Shown here: piece after piece, positions 1 through 10,065 of the stretch
Numbering within the stretch: position 1 is the first letter of the stretch
Layout: every line of letters starts with the position of its first letter
Source: an uncultured bacterium
Lineage (GTDB): Bacteria > Verrucomicrobiota > Verrucomicrobiia > Limisphaerales > UBA8199
Assembly (NCBI GenBank): GCA_963749495.1
Contig: CAVVMW010000005.1
Span: 224,001 to 288,000, forward strand
DNA: 64,000 nucleotides
Direction: 5' to 3'
The notes under the pieces: generated by a model
Seen by the model: only the letters and a program-made list of their open reading frames with translations
Told to the model about the DNA's origin: nothing
Databases searched by the model: none
Position numbers and translations under genes: made by a program

Positions 1-117
1 GTTGGCAAAACTATACAGGGTCGTGAAGCTCTGCGCCGTCACGTGTCTGGCCAATGCCAAGCTGAGACAGGCCGTCAGTGCGGGCAGGAGGAACAGATTT
101 TGGACGCGAATTGTCAT
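1..117 (-). CDS. N-terminus of a secreted protein (runs off the window), probably a tandem-repeat beta-propeller surface protein
   Basis: Manual translation gives MTIRVQNLFLLPALTACLSLALARHVTAQSFTTLYSFAN: a signal peptide followed by an AQ-x-FTTLYSF start typical of verrucomicrobial GloVer-type repeat proteins. Confidence 0.6.
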   Translation of the reverse strand, partial: MTIRVQNLFLLPALTACLSLALARHVTAQSFTTLYSFAN

Positions 118-415
118 AAACTGCTTTTGATGGGCCTACCATCTCACCAATCAGGTTTTTCTCAAGAAGAAAATCGGTGTGTCTTCATTTCTGTCGTTGT
201 CACGATGGCTGGCAGAATGGCGAGCGCCATGTGGACCCGCTTTCGCATAGCGGCGGTATGGCGCTGTTCGGACAGGGAATCAAGAGAATTTGCGCTGTTG
301 TCGCGCACGCTCAACTGGCAACGGTTTACAGTTGACGGCCATGCCGCCGGACTTGCCGCCGCCCGGCAGCGTGGTGCGGAGGCCAGGACCGCCAGGCGAA
401 GGTGACACCACCCGC

Positions 416-1216
416 TCATCTCAGTTCCACCTGCCGGGCCAGCAGGAACATCCGCGCCCCAATCTCGCAAAGGGCCTCGTGGTACTCGCTGCTCAGATGG
501 TCAGGACTGTACTCGTGGCCAAACTCGTGGATGAGCAGCCGCACCACATCCTCGGTAACGCCGTGCTCGAACCAGTCGTTGCCGAGCCGGAATCTGTTGA
601 AGACCAGTTCGCCCGAGCCATAAGACGCACCGCCCAGGTGATGCCCCGTGGCGCAGAACTTCACCACAATCCGGCGCGACAGCACCTTCTCGGCAACCCG
701 CTGGGCAAACCCGGCAATGGCCGCCATCCCGTCCGTCCATTCGACCTCGGGAATCCAATCCTCGAACCCCGGAGCATTCGCATTGTCTTCTCCGGTCCGC
801 GTCTTCGGGCCGGGCATGACCTGCCCGGCCGGCTCGATGGCCCCATCGGGGGCGGCACGCTCACCTGCCACGCGTGCGCTTCGGGCCTTTTGCTCGGCGG
901 AAACCAGGACCGCCGCCAGGAGAAATGCCAGCCAAAAGGCCCCCAGGCACAAGAGCGAGACCAGGTTAATCTGACGTTCCGCCAATTCAACCTTCATTGC
1001 CCGCAGCACCAGGAAGATCGCCATGGGAAACAGCAGCGAGATCGGCACTGAGTACCACCGGTGCGGTTTCATGGCTCCCAGCATCATGCCTGCCAGAACC
1101 GAGCAGAATAAGCTTCCAAGGAAGCTGAATATGAAGGTCAAAAGCAGGACAAAAGACGCGATCACGCACCAACCCACGATATGGCTGGAAACAGTTCTCA
1201 GGGTCTTGGCGCTCAT
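416..1216 (-). CDS. Membrane protein with C-terminal HExxH zinc-metallopeptidase-like domain
   Basis: 266-aa ORF with several hydrophobic N-terminal helices, a low-complexity linker, then LLIHEFGHEYSPDH. Confidence 0.6.
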   Translation of the reverse strand: MSAKTLRTVSSHIVGWCVIASFVLLLTFIFSFLGSLFCSVLAGMMLGAMKPHRWYSVPISLLFPMAIFLVLRAMKVELAERQINLVSLLCLGAFWLAFLLAAVLVSAEQKARSARVAGERAAPDGAIEPAGQVMPGPKTRTGEDNANAPGFEDWIPEVEWTDGMAAIAGFAQRVAEKVLSRRIVVKFCATGHHLGGASYGSGELVFNRFRLGNDWFEHGVTEDVVRLLIHEFGHEYSPDHLSSEYHEALCEIGARMFLLARQVELR

Positions 1217-1476
1217 AATTCGTTGGGCATGAAATAGGCTATTGCGCCTAATGTGAAAGCCTAATGACCAGAGTCAAGCCCTTTTCGCCTCGATCAACGC
1301 CGGCCCAGCCCCAACTCAGACTTGGAGGATGAATTTGTCGCTTCGTGCCAGGGGCCGACCGCCGCTATGTCGAACGGCAACGATTGTGGTTGCGCCGGCC
1401 CAGGCGTCACCTCTTGCGAAGGTGCGCCTCCGGTTCCGTGCTTGCCAGCGGGTCGGAACCGCTTACCTTGGCCGCA

Positions 1477-2450
1477 TGAAGGTGAACCGGGTGGCGTGGG
1501 CCAGAACGGCGAAGGCGCTCAAGGAACAGGGCATCCCGGAGTCCTTCAAGAAGGCAATCGAAAGGGCTGAGGCTTTGGAAACGCACTTCGCTGACAGGGT
1601 TAGGCAGGCCGCCGAGGCCATCAACACCGCTGACGCCCTCCTGGTCACAGCAGGCGCTGGCATGGGCGTTGACTCCGGCTTGCCCGACTTCCGGGGCACA
1701 CAAGGCTTCTGGCGGGCGTATCCCGCCATCGCCAAGCTCGGCCTCTCGTTCGAGGAAATGGCCAACCCGGCCTGGTTCGAGGAGAACCCGCATCTGGCGT
1801 GGGCCTTTTACGGGCACCGGCTGAACCTGTATCGGAGAACGGTTCCGCACGCCGGGTTCAGCCGGTTGCTGGAAATCGGCATGTCCAAGCCGGGAGGCTA
1901 TTTTGTCTTCACATCGAACGTGGACGGTCACTTTTAGAAGGCCGGTTTTTCGCCGGACCGCCTCGTTGAATGCCACGGCTCGATTCACCATTTCCAATGC
2001 GTGGCCTGCTGCACGGACGAGATTTGGGATGCCGAGGGTGAAACCGTCAACATCGAGGAGAGCACCTTCCACGCTGTGGAGCCGTTGCCCAGATGCAGAC
2101 ATTGCTCGGCGCTGGCCCGGCCCAACATCCTGATGTTCGGCGACTGGTCGTGGCTCAGCCATCGCGCTGACGCCCAACGGGAGCGATTTGCCCAATGGCT
2201 CAACGGCCTAGCCAAATCCTCGGCCAAGCTGGCCGTGGTTGAACTGGGCGCCGGCAGCGCCATTCCCACCGTGAGGCACACCTCGGAGCGGGTGCTGCAC
2301 CTAACCAGCGGCACCCTCATCCGCATCAACCCGCGAGAGGACGATGTTCCGAGCGGCCAGATTGGGCTGCCGCTGGGCGCTGCGGATGGAATTCGGAGAA
2401 TTTGTGACTGCGCCAAGAACCTCGGCGGAGACGCGAATCCTCATGATTGA
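1477..2450 (+). pseudogene. SIR2-family NAD-dependent deacylase interrupted by an in-frame TAG at 1935-1937
   Basis: Motifs AGAGMGVDSGLPDFRG, FTSNVDGHF*KAGF, ECHGSIH, RPNILMFGD and ELGAG all lie in one frame; the TAG sits where Gln (CAG) is expected. Confidence 0.85.
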
Positions 2451-2456
2451 GAGCAG

Positions 2457-2618
2457 ATGAGCGCCATTCGCACTTTCAACGTGGAGGCCGGGTTGCCCAC
2501 CCTGGACGAGGCGCGGCGTCTGGTCATCGCGGAAATCAAGCAGGCGAAGCGTGCCGGGGCGCGTGTGTTGAAAGTGATTCACGGGTACGGTTCGTCGGGT
2601 AAAGGTGGGGCGCTCTGA
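2457..2618 (+). pseudogene. Truncated Smr (MutS2 C-terminal) domain protein
   Basis: Manual translation MSAIRTFNVEAGLPTLDEARRLVIAEIKQAKRAGARVLKVIHGYGSSGKGGAL*; IHGYG..G is the Smr motif and the stop comes before the domain is complete. Confidence 0.7.
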
Positions 2619-2809
2619 GTGGGGTTGGTGAAGTGAACACACTAAAAGACATGAGCATACTGATAGTTTTTGCAGCAATCGCTTCAGCCATTTTTTGGAT
2701 GGTTGTTGGTTGGCGAGCGATGCGGGCACACGAACGCATCGCAGATGCCTCAGAGCAGGCTGCCCGAAAATTGCGCGAGAGCGAAAGTCACGGAACGAGT
2801 GTTTGACCG

Positions 2810-3006
2810 ACCCGCCTTGGCGCAACAGCCACCACGTCTATGTGGTTCTGCTCGACCCTGCCGATGGCCGACTCCGCGCTGTCCGCGCCGCCAACCCGAA
2901 GCGCGACCCCAAGAAGCCCTGCCTCTATCTGGGGATGACGGCGCTGGCCCGGTGCCGCGATACAGCGTCGTTACGGAATCCTTACGGCGAGAGCACCACC
3001 TGGTAA
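2810..3006 (+). pseudogene. Fragment of a GIY-YIG-like protein
   Basis: HHVYVVLLD...RAANPKRDPKKPCLYLGMT resembles the N-terminal VYV/YVG motifs; similarity is lost afterwards. Confidence 0.5.
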
Positions 3007-3053
3007 AACCGTCGCAGGCCGTTCGTGACGGCATCTATGGCGCTCAGGTGGAC

Positions 3054-3130
3054 CCAGGGCGGCGGCCCGCCTGCGCTGCGCTCCGGCGGGCCTTGCCCTG
3101 GGCTGGTATGAACCAGGCCTTCGGCCTGAA
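3054..3130. repeat. REP-like palindromic element
   Basis: cccagggc...gccctggg inverted repeat enclosing ggcccgcc...ggcgggcc, followed by a caggcc-ttc-ggcctg hairpin. Confidence 0.55.
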
Positions 3131-3195
3131 GGCAGCGTGCCAGCCCCAGGGCTGGCATCAGGGAGAGGGCTAAGCAGCGCGGACCATGCGTGGCA

Positions 3196-3783
3196 TCAAC
3201 TGCCGCTCCCTGCCGGATGGCACAGCAACTCTGGGAAATTAAGCTCCAGCGTCTGGTAAAACACTCGTGGCTGGTCCCTGTCCCAGAGAGGCATAGCTAA
3301 GTCGAGGGCGTCGAAAATGTCCTGGACCTGCTGAGCCGTGGGCGCGGCAAATCGGCATCCATATTTCTTGTGCAGGTCGCGCGCCTGCATCGAGACAACA
3401 TGCATTTTTTCGGCATCACAGCAAGTGTCTCTCCAGAACTCCTGCCGTTCCGAGACGGCCAAGGCCAGGTCATGCCGAAAATTCTGGATTTCGTCCTGTC
3501 CAGCCTGTGCAACTGCTCGCTTGGCATTCTCAACTGCTGCCCGGAGACCATGCGCTTCGCATTTCGTCGCTTCGTATTTCGTCGCTTCGCACTTCGTCGC
3601 TTCGCATTTCGTCGCTTCGCGAGCGTCGCTTTGCGCCAGGGCAGCCTGTCCTTCTCGACACGCCTCAAAATCGCGGATTAGGTGTGAAGCCTCGCCTTTC
3701 GCCAGCGGATGGTCAGGCGCGTAACCAAATTCCCCGAGGCGACTGAGTTGGTCCTTCGTTGCTCGTTGGTCTGTCCATTTCAT
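3196..3783 (-). CDS. Hypothetical protein with internal 5-aa (CEATK) tandem repeat
   Basis: 195-aa ATG ORF; 15-bp unit gcatttcgtcgcttc repeated about four times at 3554-3620. Confidence 0.65.
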   Translation of the reverse strand: MKWTDQRATKDQLSRLGEFGYAPDHPLAKGEASHLIRDFEACREGQAALAQSDAREATKCEATKCEATKYEATKCEAHGLRAAVENAKRAVAQAGQDEIQNFRHDLALAVSERQEFWRDTCCDAEKMHVVSMQARDLHKKYGCRFAAPTAQQVQDIFDALDLAMPLWDRDQPRVFYQTLELNFPELLCHPAGSGS

Positions 3784-3939
3784 ACGACGGAGACTCGGTC
3801 GATGTCTTTAATGCTCGCCGGGTCAGAGTTCAGGATAACCCCGCGTGACAGCTTCTGCAAGAGCATTCTCGGCTTTGCTGTAGCCGGTCAGTGAAGGCGG
3901 AGACGGAGTGCCGGGCAGACCCCTCACCCCGGCCCTCTC

Positions 3940-4166
3940 GGTCCACGGTTCGGGGCGTGGGAATTATCGCGCGTCGCGTAGCGACGCAGTGAAGGTAGCC
4001 GTGGACCTCGGTCCACGGTTCAGGGCGTGGGAATGGTCACGCGTCGCGTAGCGACGCATGACAGCGTCGCGGTTTTCAGGCGTCGCTACGCGACGCGGTC
4101 GAGCTTGGGCCATGGGTCCGTGGACTGGAAGTCCACGGCTACCATCGGGCGCCGCTACGCGGTGAG
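3940..4166. repeat. Composite REP/MITE-like element, family B
   Basis: Tandem ~70-bp units containing gtcgcgtagcgac and gtagccgtggac...gtccacgg palindromes; close copies at 14528-14572 and 22523-22785. Confidence 0.8.
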
Positions 4167-4489
4167 CCGGGGGCAGTAACGCTCCCACCTTCACTGCGGC
4201 CTTACGCTTTGCTCGGCGCTGCTCGGCTTTGCTCGGCCCGCCAGCGCGTCGGCGAGATGCAGAGGGTGGCCGCCCGGGGGGGGGTTGGCCAGTGCCGGGA
4301 GCATCATCCTGTCCAGCCCGGTACTGGTTGGCCTGGTGGCGAGGCCGGTGCTCTGGCTGTGGCTCTCATGGGGGTAGCGGTGTGGTTCGTCGTGCTTTAT
4401 GCCCGTTACGGTTCTTGCAGCTTCCGGTGTGGGATATTCGCCACAACCAATGACCCGTACCTTGACGGCTCTGGGAGAATATTTCAAAA

Positions 4490-5107
4490 ATGATAACGGC
4501 TCTGGCATCTGGAGTTCTGCTTGGCCTCTCCTGCGGCCTTGCCCCCGGCCCGCTGCTGGCGCTGGTGCTGGCTCAAACGCTGCGGCATGGCGCGCGGGAA
4601 GGCTGCAAGATCGCCCTGAGCCCGCTGGTCACCGACGCACCGATCATCTTCGTGGCGCTGATGCTGGCTGCAAAGCTGGCGAAACTCCATCCACTGCTGG
4701 GCATTGTGTCCATCGCCGGGGGAGTCTTCGTCCTGTATCTGGCTTGGGACAGCTTCCGCCCGGTGCGCGTCAACGCAGACCCCGCGTCTGAGCGCCCCAG
4801 ATCGTGGTTCAAGGGCATCCTGACAAATCTGCTCAGCCCGCACCCTTGGTTGTTTTGGCTGACCGTTGGCGCGGCGACCCTGGCGAAAGCGATGGCGCAA
4901 AGCTGGCTGGTCGCTGCCGCCTTCCTGTTCGGGTTTTACCTCCTGCTGGTCGGATCGAAGGCGGTGGTCGCTCTCATGGCCGGACGGTCCCGCGACCTGC
5001 TGGCCGGGCGGCCCTATCGGGTGGTCATGCGCGTCCTTGCGATGCTGCTAGGAGTCTTTGCGCTCCTGCTGTTCCGAGAAGGACTGAGGCATCTGGCAGT
5101 GATTTAA
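4490..5107 (+). CDS. LysE-family translocator
   Basis: GLAPGP motif, G..TNLLSPHPWLFW, about six TM helices, 205 aa. Confidence 0.9.
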   Translation: MITALASGVLLGLSCGLAPGPLLALVLAQTLRHGAREGCKIALSPLVTDAPIIFVALMLAAKLAKLHPLLGIVSIAGGVFVLYLAWDSFRPVRVNADPASERPRSWFKGILTNLLSPHPWLFWLTVGAATLAKAMAQSWLVAAAFLFGFYLLLVGSKAVVALMAGRSRDLLAGRPYRVVMRVLAMLLGVFALLLFREGLRHLAVI

Positions 5108-5286
5108 CAGTTCCCTGCCAAGTATTCTTGACCTGAGCTGCCGCCAGCGCGGTACGAGTCCGAGCCGCCCGGCGATTCTGGCCCAGCGCCAGGCAATGTC
5201 GCGCTTCAGCGGGGGCCGAGGCCAGTTAAGTTGGCTGGTGCCAACGACGAAGTTGCCGCGCTGACTGCGAACCTCGGCCGCCCAGT

Positions 5287-5538
5287 TTAAGCCCGCCGCC
5301 GCTTCCGCCAACTCCGTTTGATAGCCCGAGCCAAGCGGGCCTTTCCCTCGGGCGTTTGTGTCCAATGCAGCTTTTTGCCTTTGGGCGCAGGCGCTGAGGA
5401 TGCTTCCGGACCGTTGCCGACGTGGTCACCCAGGATGGAAGCGAGTTCGGCCTGGGCGGCTTCAAGCTTTTCCTTAACGGCTGCGGCCCGTCGAAGCTGT
5501 GCCGGGCTAAGTTCAGTAATGTTCATTGCCGACAGCAT
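5287..5538 (-). CDS. Small basic protein, possibly nucleoid-associated
   Basis: LSPAQLRRAAAVKEKLEAAQAELASILG coiled coil, a linker, then K/R-rich TPEGKARLARAIKRSWRKRRRA. Confidence 0.7.
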   Translation of the reverse strand: MLSAMNITELSPAQLRRAAAVKEKLEAAQAELASILGDHVGNGPEASSAPAPKGKKLHWTQTPEGKARLARAIKRSWRKRRRA

Positions 5539-5802
5539 ACTCACCTGGAAATAACACGCAACCCAATAGCGGCAAGAAATGTTGACCGCCTCGTGGGCGA
5601 CACTCGGCCCGGCGAACCCGCTTTAATGTCGCCCGCGCTCAACAACGGCCTGGTAATCGACGGCCAGAAATCGCGTGCGGCGAGCGTGGAACCAAGTCCT
5701 CACCTTCGTACCCAGATTGTAGCATTCGCGCTTGCTGAGATGCGGAACGGCTGTGTGAAGGGACAAAAGGGACCCCAGGATGAGCGCCGCGTTCGCTGCG
5801 AC

Positions 5803-5840
5803 CGCCCTCCGCCCTCCGCCCTCCGTCCTCCGTCCGCCGC
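5803..5840. repeat. Heptamer tandem repeat (CCCTCCG)n
   Basis: cgccctc cgccctc cgccctc cgtcctc cgtccgc upstream of the operon. Confidence 0.75.
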
Positions 5841-5986
5841 CCTTCCTCTGTGCCATCAAACGCACAGCCTGTGCCTTCAAACGCACATTTCCGTTGCCGC
5901 GCGCCGCAGGCATAATCCGGCGCATGAATTATCGGATTGCGCTCAAACCGGGGATTCGTATCCTGTCAGGCTTGATGGACTAGACG

Positions 5987-7147
5987 ATGCGACAGTTTCT
6001 CACAATCGCGACGAATGCATTTATGGAGCTGGTGCGGCAGCCGGTGTTCCTGCTGCTGATGACCAGTTCGGCGGTGTTCGAGATTTTTCTGGCCACGCCG
6101 TATTACTTTGCGTTCGGGGACGAGCCCAAGCTGGTGAAGAACAGCACGCTGGCGGTGATGCTGTTGGCGGGGTTGCTGGGGGCGGTGTTGAGCGCGTCGG
6201 CCTCGCTGGCGCGGGAGATACGGACCGGGACGGCGTTGGCGGTGCTGTCCAAGCCGGTCGGGCGCGCCCAGTTCCTGCTGGCCAAGTATGCCGGGCTGGC
6301 GGCCGCCCTGACCGTGCTGTGCTACGTGAACCTGGTGAGCGCGCTGCTGGCCAGCCGCATGGCCTTCGATGCCTACGGCTCGACGGATCTGTTTGCGCTG
6401 GGCATTTTTGCTTTGGGGCTGGTGACGGCGTATTTGATGGGCGGCTTCAGCAATTTCTTTCTCCGCCGCCCGTTCGTCTCGGACGCGGTCTTCTGCCTGG
6501 TCCTGATGACGACCATCGCCTTCGTAGTGATCAACTTCTACACGAAGGAAGCCAAGCCGCAGGCCTTCGCCACGGGGGTGGACTGGCAAGTGGTGCCGGC
6601 GGCCATCCTCATCCTGTTCGCGGTCTGGATGCTGGCGGGTCTGGCGCTGGCCTGCTCGACGCGGCTGGACATGATTCCGACCCTGGCCATCTGCTCGGCC
6701 CTGTTTCTGGTGGGCATCATGTCCGATTTCGTCTTCGGGCGGCGGGCGGACCCGGTCTGGCGCTACGGATTGAAGGAAGAGCTGGCCAGCACACGCTGGT
6801 CGGACAGCCAAAGGGCGCTGCTCAGGGAGATGATCAACAAATACGAGAAGGGCGCCGAGACCAGGCCCGAAGGCGGCGTCCAGTCCCTGCCCAGCCTGCA
6901 AGAGCGGATCAGCGGCCAGGACAAGGCGCGGCTGGCGCGGGCGGGAATGGGCGGCTCGTGGTGGGCGGCGGTGCTTTACACGGTTACTCCCAATTGGCAA
7001 CTGTTCTGGCTGGCCGACGCTCTGGATACGGGCAAGAGCACGTATCACTGGGGCTACGTGGGCAAGGCCTTTGCCTACGCGGCGGCCTACGTGGGAGCGG
7101 CCCTGGCGTTGGCGGTCATGTTGTTTGAGGAGCGGGAGCTAAGTTGA
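5987..7147 (+). CDS. ABC-2-type transporter permease
   Basis: EIRTGTALAVLSKPVGRAQFLLAKYAG loop motif, multiple TM helices, C-terminal FEERELS. Confidence 0.85.
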   Translation: MRQFLTIATNAFMELVRQPVFLLLMTSSAVFEIFLATPYYFAFGDEPKLVKNSTLAVMLLAGLLGAVLSASASLAREIRTGTALAVLSKPVGRAQFLLAKYAGLAAALTVLCYVNLVSALLASRMAFDAYGSTDLFALGIFALGLVTAYLMGGFSNFFLRRPFVSDAVFCLVLMTTIAFVVINFYTKEAKPQAFATGVDWQVVPAAILILFAVWMLAGLALACSTRLDMIPTLAICSALFLVGIMSDFVFGRRADPVWRYGLKEELASTRWSDSQRALLREMINKYEKGAETRPEGGVQSLPSLQERISGQDKARLARAGMGGSWWAAVLYTVTPNWQLFWLADALDTGKSTYHWGYVGKAFAYAAAYVGAALALAVMLFEERELS

Positions 7148-7152
7148 ATGGT

Positions 7153-7179
7153 GAATGACGAATGACGAATGACGAATGA
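7153..7179. repeat. Heptamer tandem repeat (GAATGAC)n
   Basis: Seen directly at the gene junction; same unit at 13216-13252 and 25138-25225. Confidence 0.85.
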
Positions 7180-7219
7180 GCGGACTCGGCGTCAACCTCG
7201 TCCAACTTCCACACGATAC

Positions 7220-9115
7220 ATGGAACGAAGCACACAGAGAAACGGTTTGATCAACCTGCTGGCATTGCTGGTGGTTGGGGTGGCGGCGTTTGCCGTGGCG
7301 CGCAACAGCAACTCATTGGCGGGCCAGCTCGATACGCTGTTCCTTGGCCTGGGCCTGCTGGTGGCGGGCGCGAGCTGGTTTCAAATGCGCCTGGAGCAGA
7401 ACGAGCGGCTGGAGAAGCTCGAGATGGAGGACCTGGCCCGCGCCCACGGCGGCTCGGCCCTGTTCGAGGCCAAGGACGCCGAGGTCTTCCCGGCGCAACG
7501 TTCGCGCGAGCAGTTCGAGCGGATCTTCGTGCCGATTTTCACGGTTGTCCTGTGCCTGATCCAGGCCGGGGGCGCCTATTTCTGCTGGCGCTGGCTGGGC
7601 AAGGCCACCACGACCACCGAGTTGAAAGAGCCGACGATGGCCCTGGGGCTCTTTGGCGTGTTCGCGCTGGTGCTCTTCCTGCTGGGCCGGTTCTCGGCCA
7701 CGTTCGCGCGGCTCGAGAACAATCGGCTCCTCCGGCCCAGCGCCAGCTATGTCCTGCTCAATGCCTTCCTGTGCGCGCTGGTGGCGGCGGGCATTGCGGC
7801 GGTGCAATGGCAGTTTCCCAAGGCCGACGTTGTCCTGGCGCACGTGCTGTGCGGCCTGCTGGCGCTGGTCTCAATCGAGACGCTCATCGCCCTGGTGCTG
7901 GAGATCTACCGGCCGCGCGTCAAGGGGAATGTCGAGCGGCCGCTCTATGAGAGTCGGCTGGTGGGCCTGCTGGCGCAGCCGGAGGGCCTGGTCACTACTG
8001 CCGCCCAGGCGGTGGACTACCAGTTCGGCTTCAAGGTATCGGAGACCTGGTTCTACCGTTTGTTTTTCGAGCGGGCGCTCAAATGGCTGCTGCTGCTCCA
8101 AGGGGGCGTGCTGGTGCTTTCGACGTGCGTGGTCTTCATTGACGCCGGCGAGCAGGGCCTGCTGGAGCGCTTCGGCAAACCGGTTGCGGGCCGCACCCTG
8201 CTGGAGGCGGGCCTGCACTTCAAGCTGCCCTGGCCAATCGACCGGGTCTATCGCTCGCGCACCGAGCAGATCCAGAGCTTCGAGGTGGGTGTTACCGGCG
8301 AGGGCGCTCCCGAACCGGAACCGGTCGTGCTCTGGACCAAGGCGCACACGCGCCCGGACATCAAGGAAGAGAATTTCCTGGTGGCCAACCGGGACCAGGT
8401 CCTGGTCGAGGCCACCAACCAGCCTGCGGCCAAACGCACGCCGCCCGTCAGCTTCATCAGCGGCAGCATCCCGGTCGAGTTCCAGATCACCAACCTGATG
8501 GACTGGGCCTATAAGAACGAAGACGCCATCTCGTTGTTGAAGGACGTGGCCACGCGCGAAATCACCCGCTATTTCGCCACGGCCGACATGAACGACCTGA
8601 TGTCGGCCGGCCGGTTGGAGGCCTCGCGGGCGCTGGTGGAGCGCATCCAGGCCTCGGCCAATGCGCGCCAGCTCGGGGCCCGCATCCTGGCGGTGGCCAT
8701 GCAGGACCTGCACCCCCCGGTGAAGGTCGCCCAGCACTACGAAAACGTCGTCGCCGCCACCCAGACCAAGCAGGCCAAGATCCTGGCCGCCCGGGCCGAC
8801 GACATCCGGACCAACAACCTGGCGGCGGCCCAGGCCGCCACCGTCCTCAACAGGGCCCTGGCCGAGCGCCAGGCGACCGAGGCGGGCGCCCTGGCCCGCG
8901 CCGCCCTGTTCACCAACCAGATCCCCGCCTTCGCGGCCGCCCCATCCGTCTATGCCCAGCGGGCCTACCTCCAGGCCTTCACCCGCGCCACGGCCAACGC
9001 CCGCAAATACATCCTCCTGCCCACCAATACCCATGACGTTCTTATCTTCGACCTCCAGCAGAACATTCGACCCGAACTGCTCGAGAAGCTGAATGTGACC
9101 AAAACAAACAGATAA
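7220..9115 (+). CDS. SPFH/HflK-like protein with large N-terminal multi-TM domain
   Basis: GEQGLLERFGKP...GLHFKLPWPIDRV, QDLHPP and C-terminal coiled coil; about seven TM helices in the N-terminal half. Confidence 0.85.
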   Translation: MERSTQRNGLINLLALLVVGVAAFAVARNSNSLAGQLDTLFLGLGLLVAGASWFQMRLEQNERLEKLEMEDLARAHGGSALFEAKDAEVFPAQRSREQFERIFVPIFTVVLCLIQAGGAYFCWRWLGKATTTTELKEPTMALGLFGVFALVLFLLGRFSATFARLENNRLLRPSASYVLLNAFLCALVAAGIAAVQWQFPKADVVLAHVLCGLLALVSIETLIALVLEIYRPRVKGNVERPLYESRLVGLLAQPEGLVTTAAQAVDYQFGFKVSETWFYRLFFERALKWLLLLQGGVLVLSTCVVFIDAGEQGLLERFGKPVAGRTLLEAGLHFKLPWPIDRVYRSRTEQIQSFEVGVTGEGAPEPEPVVLWTKAHTRPDIKEENFLVANRDQVLVEATNQPAAKRTPPVSFISGSIPVEFQITNLMDWAYKNEDAISLLKDVATREITRYFATADMNDLMSAGRLEASRALVERIQASANARQLGARILAVAMQDLHPPVKVAQHYENVVAATQTKQAKILAARADDIRTNNLAAAQAATVLNRALAERQATEAGALARAALFTNQIPAFAAAPSVYAQRAYLQAFTRATANARKYILLPTNTHDVLIFDLQQNIRPELLEKLNVTKTNR

Positions 9116-9121
9116 CCTGCC

Positions 9122-10063
9122 ATGAAACGCAACCTCTTCACCCTCTTTGTCGGGCTGCTGCTGATTGTCATCTTCGGCCTGCTGCTCTTTGTCTTCCAGG
9201 TCCGCCAATCGGAAGTGGCAGTCGTCACGACCTTTGGCAAGCCGACGCGGCCGATAACCGAGGCTGGGGCGCACTTGAAGTGGCCCTGGCCAATCCAGAA
9301 GGTCTATAAGTTCGACAAGCGCACCCAGAACTTCGAGGACCGCCTCACCGAGGGCCCCACCCGGGACAGCTTCATGGTCCTGACCTCCGTCTATATAGGA
9401 TGGGAGATTACGGACCCGACGGCCTTCTTCCCGAAGTTCGCCGGCAGTCTCAATCCCATCGCCGAGGCGGAGACCAAGCTGGAGGAGCGCCTGGGCAATC
9501 TCAAGATCGCCGTCGTCGGCAAGCACGCCCTGTCGGATTTCGTCTCCACGACGGACAACGGGGCGGGCATGCTGGCTATCGAGGACGAGATGCTCAAGGC
9601 CATCCAAAGCCAGGTGGCGACCAACAACTGGGGCCTGGACGTGAAATTCCTGGGCCTCAAGAAGGTCCAACTGCCCGAGGGCGTCAGCAAGACGGTCTTC
9701 GACCGCATGCAGGCCGAGCGCAAGGTCCTGGCCGATGCCTTCCAATCCGAGGGCGAAGCGGAGGCCTCGAAGATCCGCTCCGAGGCCGACCGCAAGGCCG
9801 CTGTGTTGCTCGCGGAGGCCGACAGCCAGGCCACCCAAATCCGTGCCCAGGGCGAAGCCCAGGCGGCCCAGTCGCTGAGCGTGTTTGCCCAGAATCCCGA
9901 CCTGGCCAACTTCATCTTCCAACTCGACGCCCTCAAGGACTCGCTCAAGGAGCGGGCAACGTTGATCTTCGACCAGAACACGCCCCCCTACGGCCTGCTC
10001 CTGGGCGCGTCCAGCAACCTGCTCCGGGGCGCGTCCAGCAACCCGCTGATCAAACAAAAGTAG
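9122..10063 (+). CDS. hflC: HflC-like SPFH protein
   Basis: AVVTTFGKP, GAHLKWPWPIQKV, VFDRMQAER, SEGEAEASKIRSEAD. Confidence 0.85.
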   Translation: MKRNLFTLFVGLLLIVIFGLLLFVFQVRQSEVAVVTTFGKPTRPITEAGAHLKWPWPIQKVYKFDKRTQNFEDRLTEGPTRDSFMVLTSVYIGWEITDPTAFFPKFAGSLNPIAEAETKLEERLGNLKIAVVGKHALSDFVSTTDNGAGMLAIEDEMLKAIQSQVATNNWGLDVKFLGLKKVQLPEGVSKTVFDRMQAERKVLADAFQSEGEAEASKIRSEADRKAAVLLAEADSQATQIRAQGEAQAAQSLSVFAQNPDLANFIFQLDALKDSLKERATLIFDQNTPPYGLLLGASSNLLRGASSNPLIKQK

Positions 10064-10065
10064 TT

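Noticed and set aside
3940..4166. CRISPR array
   Set aside because: The units are palindromic REP modules with conserved rather than unique spacers, and there are no cas genes.
4191..4508. Gene upstream of lysE
   Set aside because: Overlapping short ORFs on both strands with no motif; could be a membrane-gene remnant but cannot be supported.
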